A DNA stretch of 64,000 nt from the NCBI GenBank assembly GCA_050951325.1, contig JBMNIW010000009.1, forward strand, positions 19,675-83,674, given 5' to 3'. The position numbers were made by a program, and so were the translations under genes. Under the pieces are notes generated by a model that was not told the DNA's origin, did not search any database, and worked only from the letters and a program-made list of their open reading frames with translations. Source of the stretch: Clostridia bacterium. Lineage in GTDB: Bacteria; Bacillota; Clostridia; UBA1212; DUPL01. Below are positions 44,555 through 53,609 of this stretch, in pieces. The number at the start of each line of letters is the position of its first letter. Within the stretch, counting starts at the first letter, position 1.

Positions 44555-44980
44555 ATGCCTCATCACGAAAAACAGGATATGGGACCTGAACCTTACATCC
44601 TAAACATCAAGCAGAAAGCAAAACAGAACACAAACTACCGCACAACCATTTGGACAGGAGAATATTTGCAATTAACACTCATGAGCATTGTCACAGGTGG
44701 AGATATAGGGCTTGAGATGCATCCGGACCTTGATCAGTTCATACGTGTGGAAGAAGGCCAGGGCCTCGTCCAAATGGGAGAAAAAGAGGACAATCTAAGT
44801 ATCCAAAAAAGAATTTACAGCGGCTATGCCTTCATAATCCCTGCAGGCACATGGCACAATCTGATAAACACCGGCATGAAACCCTTGAAACTCTATTCGA
44901 TATACGCACCTCCCCAACACCCTCCTGGAACAATACACCGAACAAAAGAAATAGCAATGCAGGAAGAACACCATGATTAG
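44555..44980 (+). CDS. Cupin domain protein
   Basis: 141 aa, with cupin motifs (GLEMHPDLDQFIRVEEG and IIPAGTWHNLIN). An AAAGGAG SD precedes it. Confidence 0.8.
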   Translation: MPHHEKQDMGPEPYILNIKQKAKQNTNYRTTIWTGEYLQLTLMSIVTGGDIGLEMHPDLDQFIRVEEGQGLVQMGEKEDNLSIQKRIYSGYAFIIPAGTWHNLINTGMKPLKLYSIYAPPQHPPGTIHRTKEIAMQEEHHD

Positions 44981-45016
44981 AAAAAGGCTATTGGCATATA
45001 AAGCCATAGCCTTTTT
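44981..45016. terminator. Bidirectional rho-independent terminator
   Basis: AAAAAGGCTATTGGC-loop-GCCATAGCCTTTTT lies between the cupin gene (+) and the dpnB-like gene (-). Confidence 0.7.
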
Positions 45017-45878
45017 CAATTGCCAGTCAAGAGTGATGTCAACAATCCTTTTTCTAGATCATTAATGTTGTACACCGTTTCCATGACATTAAAAGTTTCT
45101 CTCAAATTATCTTTTGCAGAAGTCCATCCAATTCCATCTGTAATCCAGACCAGCTTAAAACCGTCTATCCTTTGAGCTTCCTGATACAGCATTTTGTAGC
45201 TTCTGGCAGTCTCATTAAGCTTGGAACCATGACCAGTATAAAAATTTGTTTCAATACCATAAATCATTTTGTCTGCTCTTACAACAAAATCAAACTTTTT
45301 TTCAGCCCTCTCTTCATCTCCAAACACGGACAAATCAAGACCAAACCTGTTTTTGATTTCTGTCAGCTTCATTTCCTTGAAATAGTTGATGTTCTTAACA
45401 AAACCTGCTGCAATTATGTACTTCTCCACCAAATCCTCCATGGAATCTCCGCCCCTGTTCTTTCTGCTGTGTGAATCAAGGCCCGTTTCCACACCGAAAG
45501 CATAATCCACCAAATTGCTGACTATATGATTCTGGAGCATTTCAAATAGTCCCGTTTCCCGCATGAAATGTTTGTACTGCTCTATGCTGTACATCATCCT
45601 GCTAAAATTGTAAACCAGGACTCCTTGCAAATCATTTATGTAGATCTTGCTTTTTCTAACCGCCATCAAAATGGTATGCATTTCAGTGTCTCAGGATACC
45701 TGGTCACAATATCTTCAAAATCCTGCTCTATGTTCTTTGACCCGACCAGAGCATTAAGTATATTCAACTCTATTTTGTACTGCTCCACATTCCTCACAAC
45801 TTTGTTAAAATCCGTGTAGTACTTGTAGCTTGCAATACTTTTCTTCAATGTTGCAAACCACTCATCAAAGTTCCTCAT
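45016..45878 (-). pseudogene. dpnB: DpnII/MboI-type (GATC) restriction endonuclease, split by a -1 frameshift
   Basis: The ORFs 45666-45878 (MRNFDEWFATL...YYTDF...LNALVGSKNIEQDF...YPETLKCIPF*) and 45016-45681 (..ILMAVRK...LFEMLQNHIVSNLVDYAFGVETGLDSHSRKNRGGDSME...NFYTGHGSKLNETARSYK...WITDGIGW) together are colinear with the pneumococcal DpnII endonuclease as I remember it. The frames join if one base is added at about 45669-45672 (CCAATTTTG versus the observed CCATTTTG). Confidence 0.8.
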
Positions 45879-46671
45879 TTTTCACCTTCTCCAATCTCCT
45901 TTTGGTTATCTCCATATACTCCTCACAATTGTCAATACCAACAAATTTTCGCCCAAGTCTGACAGCTTCCACTCCAGTAGTTCCCGAACCACAGAATGGA
46001 TCAAGAACCAAGTCTCCTTCCTGGGTTGAAGCTAGAACTATTTTTTCCAAAAGATATCTTGGTTTTTGTGTTGGATGTCTACCTTCGGTCTTTTCCGATG
46101 GCTTTGTAAGACTGCCCGTCCATACATCCTTCATTTGCTTCCCATTGTTTAATTCTTTCATCTTTTCGTAGTTGAAATAGTGCTTTGCCTTTTCATCCTT
46201 TTTTGCCCACAGGATGGTTTCAGTAGAATGTGTAAAACACTTGCATGCAAGATTTGGAGGTGGATTTGTTTTCTGCCATGTAATATTATTCAATATCTTG
46301 TACCCTTCCTGCTCCAATGCCATGCCAATGGAATATATGTTGTGTAAAGTGCCAGAAATCCAAATGGTACCATTAGGTTTCAGAACTCTTCTACACATCC
46401 TTATCCATCTGCGGTTGAATTCATGTTTTTCTTCTATAGTTGTAGCATTTTCGTTAAGCTTGTCCCATGAACCTTTATTAACAGACACCATTTTTCCTCC
46501 CTGGCATGTGATACCGTTGTTGCTTAAAAAATATGGTGGATCTGCAAAAATCATATCAAAACATTCTGATTTCATTTTTCTCAGTATTTCAAAAGAATCT
46601 CCCAGTACAAGAATTGAATCGTCTGTTTCATAATAACTTGGTATGTTGTTTTCAAATACACTTTCCCTCAT
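45865..46671 (-). CDS. dpnA: Beta-class N6-adenine/N4-cytosine DNA methyltransferase (DpnA-like)
   Basis: Motif IV (IFADPPYFLSN) precedes motif I (VLDPFCGSGTTGVEA), which is the beta order. Its start lies 1 nt after the upstream methylase stop, and it overlaps dpnB by 14 nt. Confidence 0.85.
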   Translation of the reverse strand: MRESVFENNIPSYYETDDSILVLGDSFEILRKMKSECFDMIFADPPYFLSNNGITCQGGKMVSVNKGSWDKLNENATTIEEKHEFNRRWIRMCRRVLKPNGTIWISGTLHNIYSIGMALEQEGYKILNNITWQKTNPPPNLACKCFTHSTETILWAKKDEKAKHYFNYEKMKELNNGKQMKDVWTGSLTKPSEKTEGRHPTQKPRYLLEKIVLASTQEGDLVLDPFCGSGTTGVEAVRLGRKFVGIDNCEEYMEITKRRLEKVKNEEL

Positions 46672-46672
46672 T

Positions 46673-47515
46673 TTATCTCCCTTGGTAATTGCAAATAATT
46701 ATTTCCTCTCCTACACGATTGTTCGCATCTGAATTTATCATGCGCTTAACACTTACTACATCCATCCTGTACCCCTTATTGCCATATAACTCGTTAATGA
46801 ACTCAGTGTTGTGGTTTGTCAGCATGCAGAAACATCCTCTTTCTGTAAGTTCATCAAAAAGTCTTGCAAGTCTAATATGGCTTTCAACATCAAAACCTTC
46901 TTTTGTATAGGATTCAAAGGAGGTGGGATTAAGAGGGGCGTACGGACTGTCAAGAAACACAAAATCCCCTTCCTTAGCTAAGTGGCAGGCATCTTCAAAA
47001 TCCCCTTCAAGGATTGTTACATTCTTAAGGTATTTCGATACTTCAAGGATTGATTCAGCATCTACAGATCCCCTTCTTGAGTTGTTATACGGTACATTGA
47101 ACAACCCTTGTGCGTTCACTCTGTATAGCCCGTTATAGCAGTGCTTGTTTATAAACACTAACATCGCGGCAAGTTCTACATCATACTCCTGCCTCATTAG
47201 CTTGTCGTTGTATTTTTCGCGTATGTGATAGTAGTATTTTTTTCCATCATCCCACATCTCATCATCAAGCTTGTTAACAACATCTAAAAATTCATCAGGT
47301 GATGTGCCTATCTGTCTGTAGGCATTTATCAATGCCTTATTTATGTCGTTTATAACTGCGTTATCAGGAAGCAAATCAAATAAAACCGCACCACCACCTA
47401 CAAAGGGCTCGTAATATGTATTAAACTTTTCAGGCATTCTCTCTCTTATATGTGTTAGAAGCTGGCGTTTCCCACCAGCCCATTTGACAAAAGGAGCTAT
47501 TTTAGTCTTCTGCAT
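46673..47515 (-). CDS. dpnM: Dam-family GATC N6-adenine DNA methyltransferase (DpnM-like)
   Basis: I chose the start MQKTKIAPFVKWAGGKRQLL at 47515; the track ORF begins at a TTG at 47578. Motif I is YYEPFVGGGAV and motif IV is FLDSPYAP (alpha order). Confidence 0.88.
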   Translation of the reverse strand: MQKTKIAPFVKWAGGKRQLLTHIRERMPEKFNTYYEPFVGGGAVLFDLLPDNAVINDINKALINAYRQIGTSPDEFLDVVNKLDDEMWDDGKKYYYHIREKYNDKLMRQEYDVELAAMLVFINKHCYNGLYRVNAQGLFNVPYNNSRRGSVDAESILEVSKYLKNVTILEGDFEDACHLAKEGDFVFLDSPYAPLNPTSFESYTKEGFDVESHIRLARLFDELTERGCFCMLTNHNTEFINELYGNKGYRMDVVSVKRMINSDANNRVGEEIIICNYQGR

Positions 47516-47593
47516 CAATATTTCCCCATCTCTACAATAACTTATCGTACATCCCCTATTATAACTACAATTCTGCAAAATAACAAACGCGTA

Positions 47594-48337
47594 TTACTTC
47601 ACAAACACAAATATATACTCGTGTGCAATCATTAAGAAATTCTTCTTTACATTCCTCCAATATGCCGTTGATGTGCAATTATGCTGCTCCTTGATAATAA
47701 TTTCCTTCAATGCAAACCCTGCCTGTATAAAACACTCCATTACACGAAAACCCAAAGGAACTATCTTTCCCTGCCTTCTTGTGTCGCCCATCATTACCGT
47801 GCACATTTTTTCCCGTTTCAATACTCTGAAGGATTCCCTTGCCACCACTTTCATTTTTTCAACAAACTCATTAACTTCCAATAGTGATATGTCTTCTGCT
47901 ATTCCATTTGAATATTTGATTATGTTTGCATACGGTGGATGTGTACATACAAAGTCCATTCTGCCATCTTCGATAAATTCAAGATTCATTGCACTGCCAT
48001 TTACAACATGAATTATGGATTTTGTACTGCATGTAAAGTTGAGATTGCTTTTCGTCAGTTGAACAGATTGCGGATTTATATCAACACCTATTGCATTTCG
48101 TCCCAATAATTTTGCTTCGACCAATGTAGTACCGCTGCCAACAAACTGGTCCAGAATCCAATCACCGGGCTTAGTGTACAAAAGTATTAGATTCCTTGGT
48201 ATGTATGGTGACCAGTTCCCCCTGTATCTACCTGAATGAGTCGCCCAACTACCTCGGTCGGGGAAAGACCATACTGTAGTTGTTTCAAGCATGAAATTTT
48301 CAGGACTTAAACGAATAAAGCATACCTCCTTTGTCAT
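47594..48337 (-). CDS. Additional DNA methyltransferase with motif I before motif IV
   Basis: The N-terminal half reads like the C-terminal half of a beta-class MTase (ILDQFVGSGTTLVEAKLLGRNAIGVDINP). It is followed by motif IV (FVCTHPPYANIIKY). It is the first gene of the RM string. Confidence 0.75.
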   Translation of the reverse strand: MTKEVCFIRLSPENFMLETTTVWSFPDRGSWATHSGRYRGNWSPYIPRNLILLYTKPGDWILDQFVGSGTTLVEAKLLGRNAIGVDINPQSVQLTKSNLNFTCSTKSIIHVVNGSAMNLEFIEDGRMDFVCTHPPYANIIKYSNGIAEDISLLEVNEFVEKMKVVARESFRVLKREKMCTVMMGDTRRQGKIVPLGFRVMECFIQAGFALKEIIIKEQHNCTSTAYWRNVKKNFLMIAHEYIFVFVK

Positions 48338-48426
48338 GTTTCATTTATTCTAATACATATTCAGAAAAAAATCCACTTGGTAATATGAAGTTACAGTTTT
48401 TTTAATATTTACTTTACAAAAAACTA

Positions 48427-48455
48427 TTGCATTCAATGATGTTTTATGGTATCAT
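48427..48455 (+). promoter_or_regulatory. Sigma-A-type promoter for tRNA-Gln
   Basis: TTGCAT (48427-48432), 17 nt spacer, TATCAT (48450-48455), about 33 nt upstream of the tRNA 5' end. Confidence 0.45.
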
Positions 48456-48488
48456 TGACAATGTTGAAGTGCTAATTGACTTACTCGA

Positions 48489-48562
48489 TGCGGAATGGTG
48501 TAACGGTAGCACGAATGACTCTGACTCATTTTGTCTGGGTTCGAATCCTAGTTCCGCAGCCA
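48489..48562 (+). tRNA. tRNA-Gln (anticodon CTG), CCA encoded
   Basis: I folded the cloverleaf by hand. The acceptor stem is TGCGGAA/TTCCGCA, the D stem GTGT/GCAC, the anticodon stem AATGA/TCATT with loop CTCTGAC, and the T stem CTGGG/CCTAG with loop TTCGAAT. The discriminator is G, followed by CCA. Confidence 0.9.
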
Positions 48563-48566
48563 AACG

Positions 48567-48600
48567 GGAGTTCAGACCTTTGTCTGAACTCCTTCTTGTT
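48567..48600 (+). terminator. Rho-independent terminator after tRNA-Gln
   Basis: An 11-bp stem, GGAGTTCAGAC-cttt-GTCTGAACTCC, is followed by TTCTTGTT. Confidence 0.8.
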
Positions 48601-48696
48601 AACTTTTCCACTTTGACAGAATTTAATGTTTACAACTGACTATTTAGTGGTATAATAATTGAACAAGATTCGATCGATAAAATTTTGGAGGTATAT

Positions 48697-50391
48697 ATGA
48701 ACGAAATTAGTAGAAACTTACGAGTTATACCGTTGGGTGGACTTGAGGAGATCGGAAAAAACCTGACAGTATTTGAAACAGAAACAGACATAATCGTAGT
48801 GGACTGCGGTATAGCTTTCCCAGATGACGATATGTTGGGCGTAGATTCGGTAATCCCGGACATAACATATTTAATTAAGAAGAAAAACAAGATAAGAGGT
48901 ATCTTCATAACACACGGACACGAAGATCATATTGGAGGACTGCCCTACTTTCTAAAAGAAATTAATGTACCAATTTACGGAACAAAGCTGTCACTCGCCC
49001 TTATCGAAAGAAAGCTCGAAGAATTCAAGTTAAATGACTCAGTCGATTTGCATGTAGTTCAACCAGGTTCAACAATCAAACTGGGCTTGACATTCACAGT
49101 AGAATTCATACACACAAATCACAGTATCGCAGACAGCTGCGCTCTTGCAATCAACACACCAGCGGGCATTGTTATTCACACAGGAGACTTCAAGGTCGAC
49201 TACACTCCAATTGATGGACATCCCATAGACTTGAGAAGATTTTCAGAATACGGAGAAAAAGGCGTTCTCTTGTTAATGGCTGACAGCACTAACGCTGAAA
49301 GAAAAGGATTTACAATGTCCGAAAAAACCGTTGGAGCGGCATTTGATGAGATTTTTTCAACTACCGAAGGCAGAATAATTGTTGCAACCTTCTCATCAAA
49401 CATACACCGTGTACAACAGATTGTAAACGCTTCAAAGAAGTTTGGAAGAAAATGCGTGATTTGCGGTCGCAGTATGGTGAATGTTGTTGACGTTACAAAG
49501 CAAATTGGGTATATGGACAATATAGATGATGTGCTTATTGACATTGATGAAATTGGCGACTACAGCCCTGAAGAACTATGCATCATAACCACGGGCAGCC
49601 AGGGAGAACCAATGAGCGCTCTTGCACGTATGGCTATTGCAACCCACAGGCAGATAGACATAGTTCCTGGAGATACTGTAATCATTTCAGCAAACCCAAT
49701 CCCAGGCAACGAAAAGCCAATTGCCAAAATGATAGACGAGCTCTTCAAACGCGGTGCAAACGTAATCTACAAAGCATTGGCTGATGTTCACGTATCTGGA
49801 CACGCCTGCGAAGAAGAATTAAAACTTATACAGGCACTAGTAAAGCCAAAGTATTTTGTACCTGTGCATGGTGAATACAAGCACATGATACACCACAAGA
49901 ACATTGCAGTAGGTATGGGAATTCCTGAAGATAACATATTCATTCTGGAAAACGGAAGAGTTCTTGAGTTTGACAACGGTGCGGTTGTGAACACAGAAGA
50001 AACTGTACCAGCAGGCAACATTCTTGTTGACGGTCTTGGCGTAGGCGATGTTGGTAATATTGTCTTGAGAGACAGGCGCCATCTTTCTGCCGACGGCTTG
50101 ATAATCGTTGTAATGACCATAGAAGCAAGTTCAGGAAAACTCCTTTCAGGTCCGGACATTATCTCAAGAGGTTTTGTCTACATGAGGGAATCTGAAGACA
50201 TGATTGCGAAAATCAGGGAAGTTACAAAAGAAGCGCTCGCCCGATCCGATGACTCAAGGAAACGCGACTGGACTCTTAAGAAGACAAATATCAGGGATGC
50301 AATACATGAATATGTATACGAACAGACAAGGCGCAACCCAATGATACTTCCCATAATCATGGAAGTCGACTTGGCAAAACTGGATTATTAA
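48697..50391 (+). CDS. rnj: Ribonuclease J
   Basis: I chose the start MNEISRNLRVIPLGGLEEIGKN at 48697 because of a GGAGG SD. It has the metallo-beta-lactamase motif ITHGHEDHIGG and a beta-CASP/RNase J C-terminal domain. Confidence 0.93.
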   Translation: MNEISRNLRVIPLGGLEEIGKNLTVFETETDIIVVDCGIAFPDDDMLGVDSVIPDITYLIKKKNKIRGIFITHGHEDHIGGLPYFLKEINVPIYGTKLSLALIERKLEEFKLNDSVDLHVVQPGSTIKLGLTFTVEFIHTNHSIADSCALAINTPAGIVIHTGDFKVDYTPIDGHPIDLRRFSEYGEKGVLLLMADSTNAERKGFTMSEKTVGAAFDEIFSTTEGRIIVATFSSNIHRVQQIVNASKKFGRKCVICGRSMVNVVDVTKQIGYMDNIDDVLIDIDEIGDYSPEELCIITTGSQGEPMSALARMAIATHRQIDIVPGDTVIISANPIPGNEKPIAKMIDELFKRGANVIYKALADVHVSGHACEEELKLIQALVKPKYFVPVHGEYKHMIHHKNIAVGMGIPEDNIFILENGRVLEFDNGAVVNTEETVPAGNILVDGLGVGDVGNIVLRDRRHLSADGLIIVVMTIEASSGKLLSGPDIISRGFVYMRESEDMIAKIREVTKEALARSDDSRKRDWTLKKTNIRDAIHEYVYEQTRRNPMILPIIMEVDLAKLDY

Positions 50392-50416
50392 TAAATATAG
50401 GATAAGAGACCATAGT

Positions 50417-50450
50417 ACCGGATTGTGAAAACAGTCCGGTCTTTATAATT
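50417..50450 (+). terminator. Rho-independent terminator after rnj
   Basis: The hairpin ACCGGATTG-tgaaaa-CAGTCCGGT is followed by CTTTATAATTT. Confidence 0.65.
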
Positions 50451-50461
50451 TGAGGTGTTTT

Positions 50462-51673
50462 ATGGAAACAAAAACTAAAAAACTAAACATACTTGCAATA
50501 TATTTAACCCTTGTACTTATACTCTCCTCCTGCTCACTGTTGAAAAAAGATATATCCCCCACTCCAACAATTGCTCCTACCCAAGGTCTGGAAACAATGG
50601 AGCCAACTCCAACCTACACCATTACTCCAACACCCACGCCAACTCCATACTATACTCCAGACATCCCAAATCCGACATTATTCCCAACCTATGTCCCAGA
50701 GGGACAAAAGATTGTCAATCCTTTCAGGATATACAACTCTCAAACCTATGAGTTTGATGTTCTGAATCTTGCTCACAGGTATTCAGAGATTTTAAAAGTT
50801 GAGGTATTTGGAAAATCATACATGGGCAAGAACCTTTATGTAGTAAAGCTGGGAAAAGGAAGCACAAAGGTATTGGTAACCGGAACAACACATGCAAGGG
50901 AAAACATAACCACAAACTATATCATGCGTACCATAGAAGAGTATGCAATCAGCTATCTCAACAAGGAAACTTATGACGGTTACAATGTCTATGAAATACT
51001 CAACAAGGTAACCATATACTATGTGCCTCTCGTCAATCCGGACGGACTTGACATCGTGAATCTTCTTAAAGACCCTTTAGACGATCCCAACAATCCGGTC
51101 TTTGGAAAACTTGACGAATACTCAAAAGTAACCTGGAAAGCAAATGCAAGAGGAGTTGACTTAAACAAAAACTATCCCTTCATTTTCGAAGAAGTGGAAG
51201 CAATAAATCCCACACAGAGATTTGCATCCCAGGACTACCACGGCCCCTACCCTGCCTCGGAGCCGGAAACACATGCGATGATAAACCTATGTGAAACGAA
51301 TGATTTTCAATTCTGTATTAATCTGCATTCAAAAGGCAAAGTCATGTTCTGGAGAGATGAAGGAAACGGAGTAATTGAGGGTGATGAAAAACTGGCAAGG
51401 CTCATAAACAAGAAGACTGGATATACTATGTACACACCAACCACAAATCCACTAAGCTATGGAGCGGCTCATGAAAACTGGTTCAGATACAGGTTTAAAA
51501 AACCTGCGATATGCCTTGAGCTTACCGCAGGTAATGATGGTCCTATCCCATACAATCTCATAAACAGAGAGAAATTTGGAGGTACATTGTATGATTACTA
51601 CGGAACAAGAGTCCTTGACTGGGAAAAAACCAAATCCCTAATGCTAATGTTGGCCAAAGAATACTTCGGCTAG
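50462..51673 (+). CDS. M14-family zinc carboxypeptidase lipoprotein (gamma-D-glutamyl-meso-DAP peptidase-like)
   Basis: I chose the start METKTKKLN. It has a lipobox (LSSC), a long Pro/Thr linker (TPTYTITPTPTPTPYYTP) and M14 motifs (TGTTHARENIT, VPLVNPDG, NLHS). Confidence 0.8.
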   Translation: METKTKKLNILAIYLTLVLILSSCSLLKKDISPTPTIAPTQGLETMEPTPTYTITPTPTPTPYYTPDIPNPTLFPTYVPEGQKIVNPFRIYNSQTYEFDVLNLAHRYSEILKVEVFGKSYMGKNLYVVKLGKGSTKVLVTGTTHARENITTNYIMRTIEEYAISYLNKETYDGYNVYEILNKVTIYYVPLVNPDGLDIVNLLKDPLDDPNNPVFGKLDEYSKVTWKANARGVDLNKNYPFIFEEVEAINPTQRFASQDYHGPYPASEPETHAMINLCETNDFQFCINLHSKGKVMFWRDEGNGVIEGDEKLARLINKKTGYTMYTPTTNPLSYGAAHENWFRYRFKKPAICLELTAGNDGPIPYNLINREKFGGTLYDYYGTRVLDWEKTKSLMLMLAKEYFG

Positions 51674-52365
51674 ACGTAAATAATGTTAACTCCTCCAAAG
51701 GCGCCGGAAACTTCCACAGTAAGGGTACCGTTATGTATCCCTTCGCGATTTGAAGTTTTGGTGCCTTTTTTGTTCCGGTCATGGGATACTCCGCCAAAGA
51801 ATATGAAACCCTTTGAAATTACATTCGTTCCATCCGGAACGAATATTTCAATACCGCCAAAACTGACTTGTACAGACAAATATGCACCATTAGGATTAAT
51901 CTGGGTGTTGGTCAAATCAAAGCTGGTTCCACCAAACACTGCAGATACTTCCCCTTTTGTGAAAACATCATCGTTGTATTCAATTTCCCCCGATGAAAAC
52001 ACATTACTGTATGAATTCTTACTGTTTGTCCTTCTTGCTTCTCTTTGCTTTTTGAAGGCAGAGAAAAGTATCGACAAAGCAATCAGCAAAAGCACTATTG
52101 CACCAACAAGTTCCATTGTCATTTTAGGAGCTTCATAACCAAGGGCGTCATACATCCAGTATCCGCCAAAGAATATGAACAAAAGGGATATCACTCTGGA
52201 ACCTGAACTGAACAGTGATGTCAAACCTATTCCAATTAGCACAACAGGCCAAAAGGTCCACAGATTAACCTTTTCATTTGGAAAAGATACAACTCCGGTA
52301 ATATTTAGTATTAGAGCCAATGATACGGCTAGTAACAATAAAGCCCAAATAATCTTGCTTCTCAT
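51670..52365 (-). CDS. LiaF-like membrane protein (cell-wall-active antibiotic response family)
   Basis: It has four predicted TM helices, then a beta-rich C-terminal domain with repeated FGG motifs (VFGGTSFDL, SFGGIEIFVP, FFGGVSH, AFGGVNIIYV). Confidence 0.65.
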   Translation of the reverse strand: MRSKIIWALLLLAVSLALILNITGVVSFPNEKVNLWTFWPVVLIGIGLTSLFSSGSRVISLLFIFFGGYWMYDALGYEAPKMTMELVGAIVLLLIALSILFSAFKKQREARRTNSKNSYSNVFSSGEIEYNDDVFTKGEVSAVFGGTSFDLTNTQINPNGAYLSVQVSFGGIEIFVPDGTNVISKGFIFFGGVSHDRNKKGTKTSNREGIHNGTLTVEVSGAFGGVNIIYV

Positions 52366-52384
52366 GGCAAGCCTCCTTTTATTA

Positions 52385-53443
52385 TTAGTCTGCTGTTTTA
52401 TGTTTTAATGTAATAATTGCTACTTCGGGTGTGTTGAACGCCCTAAGTCTGAAAGAAGAAGGAATCCCCAAACCTGAACTTATAAATTTCAGCCTGCCAT
52501 GATTATCTACTGACAAACCATATGCATACTTTTCCTCAGGCAGAAGACCCTTGTCGTCAGTATAAAAAGCTCCGAGAAGCGGAAGCCTTGCATGCCCGCC
52601 AATGGTGTGCCCTGAAATACTGGCATCAAAATCAACCTCAACAAGATACCTTTGATTCACATCATCAAGCCTTCTCTGCACATTGTAGTTTATCGGCTTG
52701 TGGGTTACACATATGCTGAAGTGTTTGTCGGAATCAAATCCAAGTTCGTCAAACTTCTTCTCATAATATTTGGTACCCGTAAGGTAAATGTATTCTCCAC
52801 CCTTTTCAATTCGTTGTATTGGATAAACAAAAGAACATCCTCTTTCCTCCAGTTTTTCCATCAGCGGAGTCTTTTTACTCGGTATAATGCACATATTCCA
52901 GTTATCATCCAGATCTTCTCTATCAGGCCTGTAATCCGTTTCACCAAGAATATAGTATATAGGAACCTCCTTCTCAATGGAATCTATAAGGTCAATTATT
53001 ACATAATAATCTTCATCATCAGGACTTCGTAAGTAGTCTCCGGTCATAAGTATCATGTCAAACTCAAGACTGTTGATGTGTGATGCAAGCCTTTTCTGCA
53101 TGGTGCCAAAAGTCTTGCCATGTAGATCTGTTATCTGCAGAATCCTGTAACCATCAAAAGCCTCGGGTATCTGTTCATGCTCAAATTCTGCATAGTGTAC
53201 TGTAAGCTGCTGATTGTCCCTTGTAACATAAATCACCAGTGCCGCAATCAAGACAATAATTAAAAGGATCCAAACCCAGGCATAGCTCTTCTTCTCAGGT
53301 GGCAGGAACAGATAGCCCATTCCTTTCTTTTTTTCCTTCTTCCGGGCTTTTGCCTCCATCTTTGCTTTCTTCATTTCCTGCTTTCTAAGTTTTCTTTCCT
53401 GCTTCCTTTTTTCCTTCTGATCAAACAGCTTCAGCTCTGCCAT
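52385..53443 (-). CDS. Membrane-anchored metallophosphoesterase
   Basis: I chose the start MAELKLFDQKEK at 53443. A Lys-rich N-terminus is followed by one TM helix and calcineurin-like motifs (ILQITDLHG, LMTGDY, VTHKP, SGHTIGGH). Confidence 0.8.
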   Translation of the reverse strand: MAELKLFDQKEKRKQERKLRKQEMKKAKMEAKARKKEKKKGMGYLFLPPEKKSYAWVWILLIIVLIAALVIYVTRDNQQLTVHYAEFEHEQIPEAFDGYRILQITDLHGKTFGTMQKRLASHINSLEFDMILMTGDYLRSPDDEDYYVIIDLIDSIEKEVPIYYILGETDYRPDREDLDDNWNMCIIPSKKTPLMEKLEERGCSFVYPIQRIEKGGEYIYLTGTKYYEKKFDELGFDSDKHFSICVTHKPINYNVQRRLDDVNQRYLVEVDFDASISGHTIGGHARLPLLGAFYTDDKGLLPEEKYAYGLSVDNHGRLKFISSGLGIPSSFRLRAFNTPEVAIITLKHKTAD

Positions 53444-53609
53444 ACAAATCCTCTTTACATTAAATTTATGCAGAATAATGTTAGCACACAGCAACCCTTT
53501 TAGTCAAATCAAACATTGTTTAAAAAATGTACTTGTAATGTTCATAAAAATCATCTATATTTATTTTTGCACTGTATCCTTTTGGGAACAGTAGCAAGGA
53601 GGGATAAAA

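Noticed and set aside
40161-48562. Idea that the serine recombinase, the RM cassette and tRNA-Gln delimit one integrated island.
   Set aside because: I found no direct repeat of the tRNA-Gln 3' end near the recombinase. The intervening genes (ASKHA activator, tmcAL, cupin) look like ordinary chromosomal genes in mixed orientation with their own terminators. I therefore kept the recombinase and the RM cassette as separate observations.
48427-48639. 70-aa plus-strand ORF overlapping tRNA-Gln.
   Set aside because: It is explained entirely by the tRNA gene, its promoter and its terminator.
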